DNA from: Octopus vulgaris | Taxonomy: Eukaryota | Direction: 5' to 3' | Assembly (NCBI GenBank): GCA_951406725.2 | Contig: OX597818.1 | Span: 47,740,001 to 47,804,000 of the forward strand | DNA: 64,000 nucleotides | In this document: one piece after another, positions 1 to 10,908 of the stretch | Position numbering within the stretch: position 1 is the first letter of the stretch | How the letters are laid out: every line of letters starts with the position of its first letter | Made by a program: the position numbers and the translations under genes | Notes under the pieces: model-generated | What the model was told of the DNA's origin: nothing | The model's input: only the letters and a program-made list of their open reading frames with translations | Databases searched by the model: none

Positions 1-373
1 ATGGTCCCGGGTTCAGTCCCACTGCGTGGCACCTTGGGCAAGTGTCTTCTACTATAGCCTCGGGCCGACCAAAGCTTTGTGAGTGGATTTGGTAGACGGA
101 AACTGAAAAGAAGCCGTCGTATATATGTATGTATATATATTATGTGTGTGTATATGTTTGTGCGTATGTGTTTGTCCCCTAACATCGCTTGACAACCGAT
201 GCTGGCGTATTTACGTCCCCGTAACTTAGCGGTTCGGTAAAAGAAACCGATTGAATAAGTACTAGGCTTACAAAGAATAAGTCCTGGGGTCGATTTGCTC
301 GACTAAAGGCGGTGCTCCAGCATGGCCACAGTCAAATGACTGAAACAAGTAAAAAAAAAAGAGTAAAAAGAGT
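1..373 (+). mobile_element. tRNA-headed SINE family A (cut by window edge)
   Basis: GGTTCAGTCCC B-box-like head, internal TA/TG microsatellite, and tail ggcggtgctccagcatggcc...gaaacaagtaaaagag shared with about 20 copies in the window. Confidence 0.9.
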
Positions 374-407
374 AAACAAGGAAAAGCACAGAATCACAAA
401 TGGAATG

Positions 408-408
408 A

Positions 409-482
<74 letters not shown>
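408..482. repeat. (AAT)n microsatellite
   Basis: Perfect AAT run. Confidence 0.95.
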
Positions 483-483
<1 letters not shown>

Positions 484-742
484 CACACAGCATACGTTTG
501 CTTTGAACATTTTAATTTTAAACCTTGGATAAATAGCAAGAGTTTCAATATATTTACTTTGATATGTTTACTATCAGACGCTAGTATACAGTAAATTGTA
601 ATGGAATGAAATTTCATACAGACAGAAGATTTAAAAAATGTGGCTTCAGATCCTCCAATTTGCAGTGAGAGACTCTAGGAAAAAGAAAATATTCTAAACA
701 TTTGCCAAGTATTTCTGTCACTATCATGTTTAGTAATCATCT

Positions 743-900
743 TTATTTGCCGGCTTCCAACAGCCGGCGGACATCCATCGGAGACAAATGTAGAGGTGGG
801 TTATGATTTCGTATTTTCCTTAAGTCCATGGAGGTGTCTTTTTGCCGAGTATGCTCTAAAACGGAGGTCATGACATCCATATTATCCAAACCAGCGAATC
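743..900 (-). CDS. Terminal coding exon of the same precursor, encoding a C-terminally amidated peptide
   Basis: Strong acceptor ttttgttcttttctttttcattccccAG|GA. Only the phase-1 frame stays open: (R)FAGLDNMDVMTSVLEHTRQKDTSMDLRKIRNHNPPLHLSPMDVRRLLEAGK*. Phase matches the 8274 donor (C+GA = Arg). Confidence 0.82.
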
Positions 901-1089
901 CTGGGGAATGAAAAAGAAAAGAACAAAAAATGAAAAAGGTAAAATTATTTGAAAATTTATGAATAAAAAGAAATCAATGAAACATTTATGAAATCACCGT
1001 CGGCAAGACACACGTGACCTTCTGACTCATTGGGCCAGTTACATTTTTGTCTTTATACCTGATGAAGCAGAACGACTTGAGTTGTGAAC

Positions 1090-1141
1090 CATCATCATCG
1101 TCATCATACTTATAAACAACAACTGCATCATCATCATCATC

Positions 1142-1173
<32 letters not shown>

Positions 1174-1349
1174 CATCATCATCATAATCACCACCACCAC
1201 CATCATCATCATCATCCTCACCATCATCGTCGTCGTCGTCGTCGTCGTCGTCATCATCATCATCATCACCACCACCACCACCACCACCACCGCCACCATC
1301 CTCCTCCTCCTCCTCCTCCTCGTCGTCGTCATCGTCGTCGTCGTCGTCA

Positions 1350-1390
<41 letters not shown>

Positions 1391-1628
1391 ATCATCATCA
1401 TCATCCTCACCATCATCATCGTCGTCGTCGTCATCATCATCATCATCATCACCACCACCACCACCACCACCCTCCTCCTCCTCCTCCTCCTCCACCTCCT
1501 CCTCCTCCACCTCCTCCTCCTCGTCATCATCGTCATCATCATCATCATCATCATCCTCACCATCATCATCGTCGTCGTCGTCGTCATCATCATCATCATC
1601 ATCATCATCATCAGCTGCTGCTGCTGCC
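1090..1628. repeat. Compound trinucleotide repeat (CAT/CGT/CAC/CCT) in the last intron
   Basis: In-register blocks of cat, cgt, cac and cct with higher-order repetition. Confidence 0.95.
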
Positions 1629-1737
1629 GCACGATTTTAGGTCTGTTTGAATGGCGTGCGAGTGACTGAGATTACAATGCTCCCTCACTCCTGAACGAGG
1701 CATCGGTTCGTCGTAGGATTAGCTTCCTAGCTGTATA

Positions 1738-1953
1738 TGAGGGAACGTTGAAAAGTTCCCGGCTTTAGTGGTATCGTAAAAGGCCTGGCTGGAGGCTCCA
1801 CCTCCCAAATTCTTTCACAGGGCTTAGAAAAATTGAAGGAGCGCTGCAATAAGTGTGTGAATCTGAGAGGAGAATATGTTAAATAAAATCATAATTAACT
1901 GATCCTCCTATATTTTTTTACCCAAAGCAAGGAACTTTTCAGCACCCCTTCGT
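1738..1953 (+). mobile_element. Internally deleted mariner (MITE)
   Basis: TIRs gagggaacgttgaaaagttcc / ggaacttttcagcaccccttc; internal GLEKLKERCNKCVNLRGEYVK* matches a mariner transposase C-terminus. Confidence 0.8.
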
Positions 1954-1956
1954 GTA

Positions 1957-2035
<79 letters not shown>

Positions 2036-2037
2036 AT

Positions 2038-3330
2038 TAAAATAAGCAACAGGATATCAAGAGGTGATGCAGTACGACCGTTTCAAGCGACTCCATTTAA
2101 TTGAACAATGCAATCATTACATCAATTTAAATGCAGGGCTATTCTCAGCTGCATAAATAAATAGAATTTTTTAATCAGTTGGACACATTAATATGATATT
2201 ACTTAAATTCTCTAATAGAGCAAGAAGTGGGAAAAAGCCCCTAAATGAAGTTATTAATGTTCTTAAAGAGAAATATAAACTTCTAGTTACTGAAGTCCAG
2301 AAGAGTTGATTATAGCATACCCATAATAAAGTACAAATATTTGTGTATATTTGCATGTGTACACATATTTAAACATGTGTATGTATCTGTACAAACTCAT
2401 TTTTCCGATTTTTTTTCTGATTCTTACCTTATAACTAATATAAAGATAGCATGATTTATCGCCCCAGTATTCCATAAGTAAATATCCAGAGCAATGTTTA
2501 TAGAAAATCACCTTATAAGTAAATAATTAAGCACAGGAATGAATATTAAACTAATTATATGTAATCTTCCCTTTTTAATGTTTGTTGAAAATTGCTATAT
2601 ATACACAGTTTATCTCTTCTGGTTATATCATTTTTAGTAATCTTAAATTTTATCGTCATACAACATAACAATACTGTTTATATACAATCATCCATTGTAC
2701 CCCATGATAATTTCTTCTGTATTAACATCATTGGTGTTATCAACAACTTGCCCCTTTAACTGGTAATTAACATCTTGATTTAAGGTCTTCTCTTATCTAG
2801 CCTCCTTTATAGACAATTATATATTTCCTAAAATCCTGACAATGTTTATTACCATACCCAACTATAAACTGTCAACTCACTCCGTCTATCCATTCTAAAC
2901 AGACACTGTCCTCTAGCCTTAAATTTGGTAGTTGATAAAAAAGATTAATAAATAAAAAATGAACGACAATCTTTTATAAGCTATGACCCTAACAAACTTC
3001 ATACAGTCCTTAGAAGTGTAGTATATTTTTAGCTATATTTGTAGCAACATTGACTTTTCCCCTCTTCTTGCTCTATTAGAGATTTAAGTAAAATTATATT
3101 AATGAGTCCAACTGATTAAAAAAATTCTATTTATTTATGCAGCTGAGGATAGCCCTGCATTTAAATTGATGTAATGATTGCATTGTTCAATTAACTGGAG
3201 TCGCTTGAAACGGTCGTACTGCAATATCTCATGATATCTTGTTGCTATTTTGATTTTATTCACCTTACTTTGAGTTGTACGGACAATACCGCACTGACTT
3301 GGTACTTGAAATTAAGTACCTAATTCAACT
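2038..3330. mobile_element. PLE-type element with inverted ~190-bp terminal arms, each carrying an HHR
   Basis: 2038-2228 is the reverse complement of 3062-3255. HHR at 3138-3223 (+): tgcag CTGAGGA...GAAAC GGTC GTA ctgca. Flanked by TATC and TA microsatellites. Confidence 0.7.
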
Positions 3331-3336
3331 AAATCT

Positions 3337-3412
<76 letters not shown>

Positions 3413-4429
3413 AATTCAAATAAAAGAATAATAAAATTAACAATAACAGACAGCAAGAGGACGTGCACAAGAAATGAATTGTTTTGACGTTCAGTAAAAG
3501 GAGAGAATTTTTGACGTTTCGAGTATAGTTCTTCGCCAGAAAGGAGAGAGGGAAAAGTCCAAGGAATGAAAAGAAATCGCCCACAGCATGTGTGTAGTTA
3601 CATTGTTGAAGTATGTATGTACGCATGTATGTATATAAATATTTTTGCTACTTTTATCGTTTCCCTTTGCTTGTTTGTAAACAAATTTCGAAGAATTTCA
3701 GAGAAAAAGACAAAAAATGTGAGAATATAATTAATAGCACATATCTTGCATATGACACCGAAGAGTACTTTGATAAAAATATTTATAGCTGCAGTATTTA
3801 GGGCAATTGTAAAGTATTAGAAATTAAAACTGACATTTAGTTTGATATTCCTGTCTTTGACTAATCAAGGTGAAATTCAATCTGTTTCGTCTTACTTGTT
3901 CCCAAAATGAACAATGGTTCTTTAGAATATACGCAAGTTAAATTAAAACCAAACAATATAAGTTGTTTTTACAATCGAACTTCGAAATGTGATACTATGT
4001 CCTCGCACTAATTAAGCGGATGTTATATGCGAAATATTCTCAGCTATAGGACAAAGAGTTTCAAAGAAGAAAACAGCTGTGAATAAGGCTGGAATTTTCT
4101 CGAAAACTAATAGATAGTCATGTTAGTTGAGAAAGGTTTTAAGTAATCTCTTTTTAAACTGAAACAATTTGCAAGCGTGAATTTAAATAAATCAATAAAA
4201 TATTTAATGAGTTCAATAAACAACAACAGCAAAATATAGGTGGCGTTGATTAAAATTGAAATTGATACATAAAGAAAAGTCTGGAAATGAATGGAAAATA
4301 GCATTTCTATTCATGTTATATGTTGATGTTATGAAGGGGAAGTTCATAGAGGTAAAGAAACAGAAGACAGATAAGGAAATCAAAGAAAGGTTTTCTATAT
4401 GAGAAGGTAGATATTTGATGATAAGGTAA

Positions 4430-4897
4430 AAAAAAAATAAAGGAAAAAAGGAAACCAAGATTATAGATATTGCAATACCTGGGGATGCACGCATAAGTGA
4501 AAGAACTAGAAAAGATTGAAAAGTACAGACTACTAAAAGACGAAATTGTAAGAATGTGGACTATGAGGAGAGTGTCTGTCATTCCAGTAGTTGTAGGGGC
4601 ACTTGGAACACTAACAACCAAGTTCAAGAAATATGTCAGAGAAATCGGAATTGACATGAGAGCAGAGCAAGCCCCCAAAACTGCTCTGTTGGTGACAACT
4701 AGAATTTTGAGATTGGTACTTGGATGTTGAATGTCTCCCCCGATAATTAACAACCAAGTATCAAAGGTTATAAAGTGCAGAAAGGGACCCTGTGAGACCC
4801 CTGACAACAGGCTGCTGTCTGCTCTCACAGAATCATCCAGAGCAAATAAAACCGAGCGCTCTGAAAAGTAAAACAACAACAACAATTATAATAATGA
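4430..4897 (+). mobile_element. 3' end of an RLE-endonuclease non-LTR retrotransposon (R4/Dong-like)
   Basis: IIDIAIPGDAR...EKIEKYRLLKDEI..W...VIPVVVGALG...TALL..RILRLVL, followed by a 3' UTR and an (AAC)/(AAT) tail. Confidence 0.8.
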
Positions 4898-5199
4898 TAG
4901 CATGGCATTAACATAATGTATGCAGTTTTCTTAATATCTGTAAAATATTTAGTTCTTATTCTTCCATATATAGAATCTATAAATATAGATAATTGGAAAA
5001 TACGCACCAATTCGTTTCTTCCATCTGGGTACCAAAGTTTCTGAAAGATAAATATCAACAATAAGTAAAATGTTTATCTCAATATCAGTTTATTTTTCTT
5101 AATTATTTGCCTCACAAACTTATAAATCAGTATTACGGAATTTATATAGATTGAAAAGTGTAAATTTATACAAATTGAAAAGAATAAAAAAATTAATTG

Positions 5200-5489
5200 T
5201 TTTATCTCACTCACCTCCCATATCATTAAAGTGTTTGAAAGAGTGGTAAGATCAAGGATAGCTGGCTTCCTGGAGATCCACAAACTCCTAAATGCAAATC
5301 AGCATGGCTTTCGCTGTGGCAGGGACTCTCTAACACAGCTCTTACTCCACATCAATGATATACTTAAAGCCTTGGGAACAGGTTCGAACTCTGATGTCAT
5401 ATATCCTGACTTCAGTAAAGCGTTCGATAGAGTTGACCATAATATCTTACTCTCAATATTGTCAACTGTTGGAATCCGTGGTAAACTTC

Positions 5490-5490
<1 letters not shown>
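5200..5490 (+). mobile_element. CR1/L2-type LINE reverse transcriptase fragment
   Basis: ISLTSHIIKVFERVV...QHGFR...DVIYPDFSKAFDRVDH motifs. Confidence 0.85.
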
Positions 5491-5587
<97 letters not shown>

Positions 5588-5588
<1 letters not shown>

Positions 5589-5802
5589 ATATGTTTGTGT
5601 GTCTGTGTTTGTTCCCTCCAACATCGCTTGACAACCAATGGTGGTGTGTTTACGTCCCCGTAACTAAGCGGATCGGCAAAAAGAGACCGATAGAATAATT
5701 ACTAGGCTTACAAAGAATAAGTCCTGGGGTCGATTTGCTCGACTATAAAGGCGGTGCTCTAGCATGGCCGCAGTCAAATGACTGAAACAAGTAGAAGAGT
5801 AG
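5588..5802 (+). mobile_element. SINE family A, 3' half
   Basis: Matches the family A body and tail. Confidence 0.85.
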
Positions 5803-5937
5803 AGCTGAAAAAGGAATTCAGTCTCTATGTTTCGATAATTTGTGGATTGTTATGGAGACATCGAGTAAACTCATAAAATGATGCGACAACACTGTACCAT
5901 ATTGCAATAAATAGCAAATCTAAAATTAAGCGAATTT

Positions 5938-6110
5938 CGGTGGGAAGGCGCTAGTCGATTACATCGACACCTAATGCTCAACTGGCACTTCTTGTATCGA
6001 CCGCGATAGGATGAAAGGTAAGGCATAATTTGTAAAACTTAGAACGTAGAGCCGGAAGAAACGCAGCTAGGCATTTTATCCGGCATGCTAACGATTTTGC
6101 CCCTCGTCGT
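5938..6110 (-). mobile_element. SINE family B (degenerate)
   Basis: Reverse complement contains the cctttcatcct...gtcgata core. Confidence 0.65.
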
Positions 6111-6196
6111 CTTAAACAGCTCAATGATAATAACGAAGATTTCACAATGTCCTAACTTCTATGATCTTACAACTAATTCTATTATAATTTTATGAT

Positions 6197-6353
6197 TAGG
6201 AGTGGGTGTGTGGTAAGTAGCTTGCTTACCAACGACATGGTTCCGGGTTCAGTCCCACTGCGTGGCACTTTGGGCAAGTGTCTTCTACTATAGCCTCGGG
6301 CCGACCAAAGCCTTGTGAGTAGATTTGGTAGACGGAAACTGAAAGAAGCCCGT

Positions 6354-6405
<52 letters not shown>

Positions 6406-6650
6406 TGTATGTATGTATGTATGTATGTGTGTGTATGTGTTTGTGTGTCTGTGTTCGTCCCCACAACATCGCTTGACAACCGATGCTGGTGTGTTTACGG
6501 CCACGTGACTTAGCGGTTCGGCAAAAAGAGACCGATAGAATAAGTACTAGGCTTACAAAGATTGAGTCCTGGGGTCGATTTGCCCCGACTAAAGGCGGTG
6601 CTCCAGCATGGCTGCAGTCAAATGACGGAAACAAAAAAAAAAAAGAGAGT
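6197..6650 (+). mobile_element. SINE family A, full length
   Basis: Head, internal (TA)/(TATG)/(TG) tract and tail all present. Confidence 0.9.
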
Positions 6651-7054
6651 AATTCTGTCAGTCGAGTTAAATATTGTTTCACACTTTATGGAAGTGTAGT
6701 TTATAAACAGAGAGGTAGCATTTCAAGATTTCTTAAGAGAGCCGAGAAAACAAAATATTCATTATATGGAGATTTCTCTCAATAATTAATATTTCTGTTT
6801 ATGCTTTCGTTTGTTAAATCAATACCTTACTTAATTTAATTGATTAACAACGTTGCAGCGAGTTTGGGGGGCGATTTTGTTTTTACTCAATGAAATGTGT
6901 GAAAACAAAATTGAAGTTTCTCTGCGAACTTTGAGGAAAAATAAACAAAAAACAAAACAACAAGAAACACCATGGGTTTCAAACAATATCCTTCATCAGA
7001 AAATTTTTCTCACAATACACTAACAACCTTCAGTTCTTTTTTTTATTTATGTTT

Positions 7055-8185
7055 AACGGGTCCTTGCGTACCTTTAGCAGAGTCCATTTTACTCTGAGGA
7101 TAACTACCTCTTCCTCCCCCTCCTCCTCCTCTAAACTATTAACGTAATTATTGATAACACACTGCAACACAATTTCTTTTCCTCAACAGGCCCTGCCCTA
7201 TTTAACATTGTCCCAAAACAGATTAAAGAGGGAAAGGATCCCATCACCTTCAAACGGAATCTGGACAAATTTCTTCAAGGAATACCAGATAAACCCCCTA
7301 TAAACTGGATACAACTCACTCAACAAGAACTCCCTACTCGAATGGACCTTTAGATATGGTCACCAATTTCGAACGATCTATTCAGGGATTGTTTATTGCC
7401 ACCTAAACGTGGATGCTTTGTAAGAATAGACGATACTGCTATTTTAACCCCAGGAGGACTCCTCCTCCTACTGGTCATTCAGTGCGCTTCGCACTCAATA
7501 TATATTGTAAACGGGGAGCTACTTTGCTAATTCAAGCATTAATTGGTCAATAGACAATTAGATCACATAACACGCTGAATGATTGATAAGCATAAAACAA
7601 ATTCCAAATATATTTTCCATGGCACTGTTTTTTTGCTCTCACACTTTATCTTCCTTCTGTTCTATTTTGACCAACTTAGTACAATTGCACGTTGTATCTG
7701 TGTGGTTTCAGGTTCAATCCCACAGCACGGCATCTGAAGCAAGTATCTTCTGTCATAGCCGCTGGTAGGCCAAAGCCTTCTGAGCAAAGTTTGCATGACG
7801 GAAACTGAATGGAGGCCGTTAGAAGGACCTTCCTGTTCATACTGTGGTTTAACACTAACAATGGGTCCTTGCGTACCTTTAGCGGAGCCCACTTTACTCT
7901 GAGGATAACTAACTCCTCCTCCTCCTCCTCCTCCTCCCCCCCTCCTCTAAGCTATTGAAATAATTATTGATAATCAGCCAGAGATACCTGTTCAGATTTG
8001 GTCACCAATTTCGAACGATTTGTTCAAGGATTGTTTATCGCCACCTAAACGTGGATGTTTTTATAAGAATAGACGATACTGCTATTTTAACCTCAGGAGG
8101 GCTCCTCCTCCTTCTACTAGTTATTCAGTGCACTTCGCACTTAATATGTATTGTAAACGGGGAGCTTGTTTCCTAATTCAAGGAT
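7055..8185. repeat. Local duplication containing a CR1-like LINE 3' fragment
   Basis: 7055-7155 and 7350-7540 recur at 7860-8185. 7165-7300 reads HNFFSSTGPALFNIVPKQI...FKRNLDKFLQGIPDKP. Confidence 0.65.
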
Positions 8186-8273
8186 TATTTGATGTCTAAT
8201 CATTGACTGAACAAAATTGCATTCTGGGAACACAGAAAACAAAAAGCAAAAAGCAAAAAGAAAATATACTTAC

Positions 8274-8457
8274 GTGGCGCTCTTACATAGCGAGCTTCAT
8301 TCGAGTGTTGTTTGAGTTTATCTGGAGTATTTTCTGGCAGGAAAGACCACTTGTCGAATTGTCCCATATTAGATTTATCACTCAGCTGAGATACAACTGT
8401 TTCTAGGTACAGCAATAACACAATTGCCCATAAGCTTATTCTACAGGAAACTCGCAT
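8274..8457 (-). CDS. Coding exon 1 of a secreted neuropeptide-type precursor (signal peptide plus propeptide)
   Basis: Acceptor ctttctttctttctccctAG ends at 8466, followed by ctataaaaATG. Reads MRVSCRISLWAIVLLLYLETVVS-Q (basic n-region, hydrophobic core, V-x-S site)...NEARYVRAP, then C|GTAAGT, a canonical phase-1 donor. Confidence 0.85.
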
Positions 8458-8557
8458 TTTTATAGCTAGGGAGAAAGAAAGAAAGATGGTGTTACTCAGA
8501 GAGAATGAGAGAGAGAGAGAGCAAGAGTTAGTGAGAGAAAAGAATTAGTTTAGCATA

Positions 8558-8940
8558 GGCGTAGGAGTGGGTGTGTGGTTAAGTAGCTTGCTTACCAACC
8601 ACATGGTTTCGAGTTCAGTCCCACTGCGTGGCACCTGGGGCAAGTGTCTTCTACTATAACCTCGGGCCGACCAAAGCTTTGTGAGTGGATTTGGTTGACG
8701 AAGCATGTCGTAGATATATGTATATATGTATGTATGTGTGTATATGTTGTGTGTTTGTTCTCCAAGCATTGCTTGACAACTGATGCTGGTGTGTTTACGT
8801 CCCCGTAACTTAGCTGTTCGGCAAAAGTCACCGATAGAATAAGTACTAGGCTTGCAAAGAATAAGTCCTGGTCGATTTGCTCGACTAAAGGCGGTGCTCC
8901 AGCATGGCCACAGTCAAAAGACTGAAACAAGTAAAAGAGT
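8558..8940 (+). mobile_element. SINE family A
   Basis: Near full-length copy just upstream of coding exon 1. Confidence 0.9.
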
Positions 8941-9270
8941 ATATCTTCATTAGCGCGTGCGCATACACCAACATATAAGGGCGCAGTAGCGCATTACACG
9001 CTTGTACTCCAGGCATAACAGCCAGGAACTGACGCGGTCTACAGGCGCGAATAGTTTAACGCATGCACAGGAGGGGTGGCGTCACCTCCTATCCAAAGGA
9101 TTTTGTCCAGTAGGCGGGAAAAAATAGTCGGGTACTTTTTGAACGCACCTTTTACTTTAACATGTTTTGGGTGGCATGAACTAAATATAATTTGCTTATT
9201 GACTTTTTAATCTAATTATAATCAATTCACTTAAAAAAAAAGAAAGAAAAAAAGAAGTTTATTATCTCCT

Positions 9271-10445
9271 ATGGTTCTAATAATTGGACCCAACCAGATG
9301 GTGAGTCTAGATGTGATAAGTCTGTTCACTAAAGTCTCAACTGGTGAAGCACTATCGGTGCTTCAAGAAAAACTAGTGACAGTCACCCATTTAAAAGAAC
9401 GCACTAGTATACTAATAAGAAACTTGATGGAAATGTTGACCTGTGTAGAAACTACCTACTTCAGTATGGACACTGATATATATCGAGAAGAAGAGGGTTT
9501 AGCTATGGGTTCGCCATTATCACCGATAATAGCCAATGTATACATGGAATACTTTGAGAATTTGGCTTTAGGATCAACACCACTAAAACCAACCCTTTGG
9601 CTGCGATCCCACCAGGAAGATGTCCAAGTGCTGTTAGATCATGTGAACTCAATAAAGCCATCCATACAGTTCACAATGGAAAAGGAAAAAGACAATCAGC
9701 TAGCATTCCTGGACGTACTAATAACACGTACCAAGTATGGATTCAGGACATCCGTTTACCGCAAACTGACCTTCACTGGACGATACCTTAACTTCGATTC
9801 CCACCATCCACACAGTGTAAAGAGAGGGATTACTCAGTGCCTAAAACATCAAGCAAAGAATATAAGCAGCGATCGTGATACCTACCACAAAGAAATGATC
9901 AAGCTCAGTAACAATCTATTAAGCAACAACTACTCCAAAAACATACTATCTACTCTAATTATGAAGAAAAGAGAGAATGAAACCAATAAACTGTCAACAG
10001 TCTGTCTGCCCTATGTGAAAGGCCTCTCTCAGGACAGTATTCAAGAGTAATACAACACTTCGCAAATATCTCTTTCGGGTAAAACCACCAATAGAAGATA
10101 ATATGACCAAAACTGCGTGTACTCCATTCCATGCAGCTGTGGTAGGTTATACAAAGGCGAAACATGCCGCCCCCTCAAAATAAGGGTAGAGGAACATCGC
10201 AAAGCTGTGACACGAGGAGATATTGATAAATCGGGTATAAGCTGATCGTGTATGGAAAAATGGAGACCACCTCCCCCTGTGGGATGAAGTTAAAATAATA
10301 GACAGAGAACACCACTGGAAAATACGAAAACTAAAAGAAGCAGCACATATGCTAGGACATAATAACCTCCTAATCATATCTAGTGAAGATATGAATAGCA
10401 TATGGGAACCGGTATTAGGGAAGGATAGGAAAATATTAGATTTAT
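9271..10445 (+). mobile_element. Penelope-like element: degenerate RT plus GIY-YIG endonuclease
   Basis: SLDVISLFT, GLAMGSPLSPIIANVYME, FLDV...VYRK..FTGRYLNFDSHHP; the YVDD segment is deleted. Downstream frame CVYSIPCSCGRLYKGETCRPLKIRVEEH. Confidence 0.9.
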
Positions 10446-10731
10446 AAGCTGTAAAAATTCACTTCATAATTGCCCACGGACATATGGCGTCGTGGTTAAG
10501 AGCGCGGGCTACTAACCCCAAGATTCCGAGTTCGATTCCAGATAAGATGAAGGCTGGAGGGTATATCCGTCAACATTTCTTAGCGGTAAGACCATAGCGG
10601 TAAGGCCATAGCGGATCTGCTTCTAGTATAAGGGTTTTCCAAATATATATATATTCAAAATGTGACCGCGTGTGTACCGTTGGCGATTTTTTCCCTCCGT
10701 CTTCCCTTCCTTGGATCTTTCCTTTTCCTGT

Positions 10732-10766
10732 GTTTCTGACGAAGAGCTCCGCTCGAAACGTTAAAC
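10732..10766 (+). ncRNA. Minimal type I hammerhead ribozyme motif
   Basis: gttt CTGACGA a gagc tcc gctc GAAACGT T aaac: stem I gttt/aaac, stem II gagc/gctc, palindromic ACGT stem III typical of PLE HHRs. Confidence 0.75.
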
Positions 10767-10870
10767 CCTTCTTCTTTCCTTCTTTCCTGAGCGTCCAATA
10801 ATACTATACTTGTTCCACGTCCTCGCGTTGTTGTGTTTTCTCTTTGTGTTTTCATGTTTGGATTAACTAT

Positions 10871-10908
<38 letters not shown>

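Noticed and set aside
997-1057. Small extra exon (YKDKNVTGPMSQKVTCVLPT or QKCNWPNESEGHVCLAD)
   Set aside because: Splice phases do not fit between the 8274 donor and the 900 acceptor without a stop or a poor AAG acceptor; direct splicing already gives a coherent precursor.
986-1650. Poly-Asp/Glu, poly-His and poly-Met ORFs
   Set aside because: By-products of a stop-free triplet repeat lying in an intron.
8274-8330. Assigning the precursor to NPF/NPY from PDKLKQ..NE...APRF
   Set aside because: RF is followed by Ala rather than Gly-Lys-Arg, and the intron is phase 1 rather than the phase 2 typical of NPY/NPF.
9271-10050. Active Penelope reverse transcriptase
   Set aside because: The catalytic YxDD segment is deleted and the endonuclease is frameshifted.
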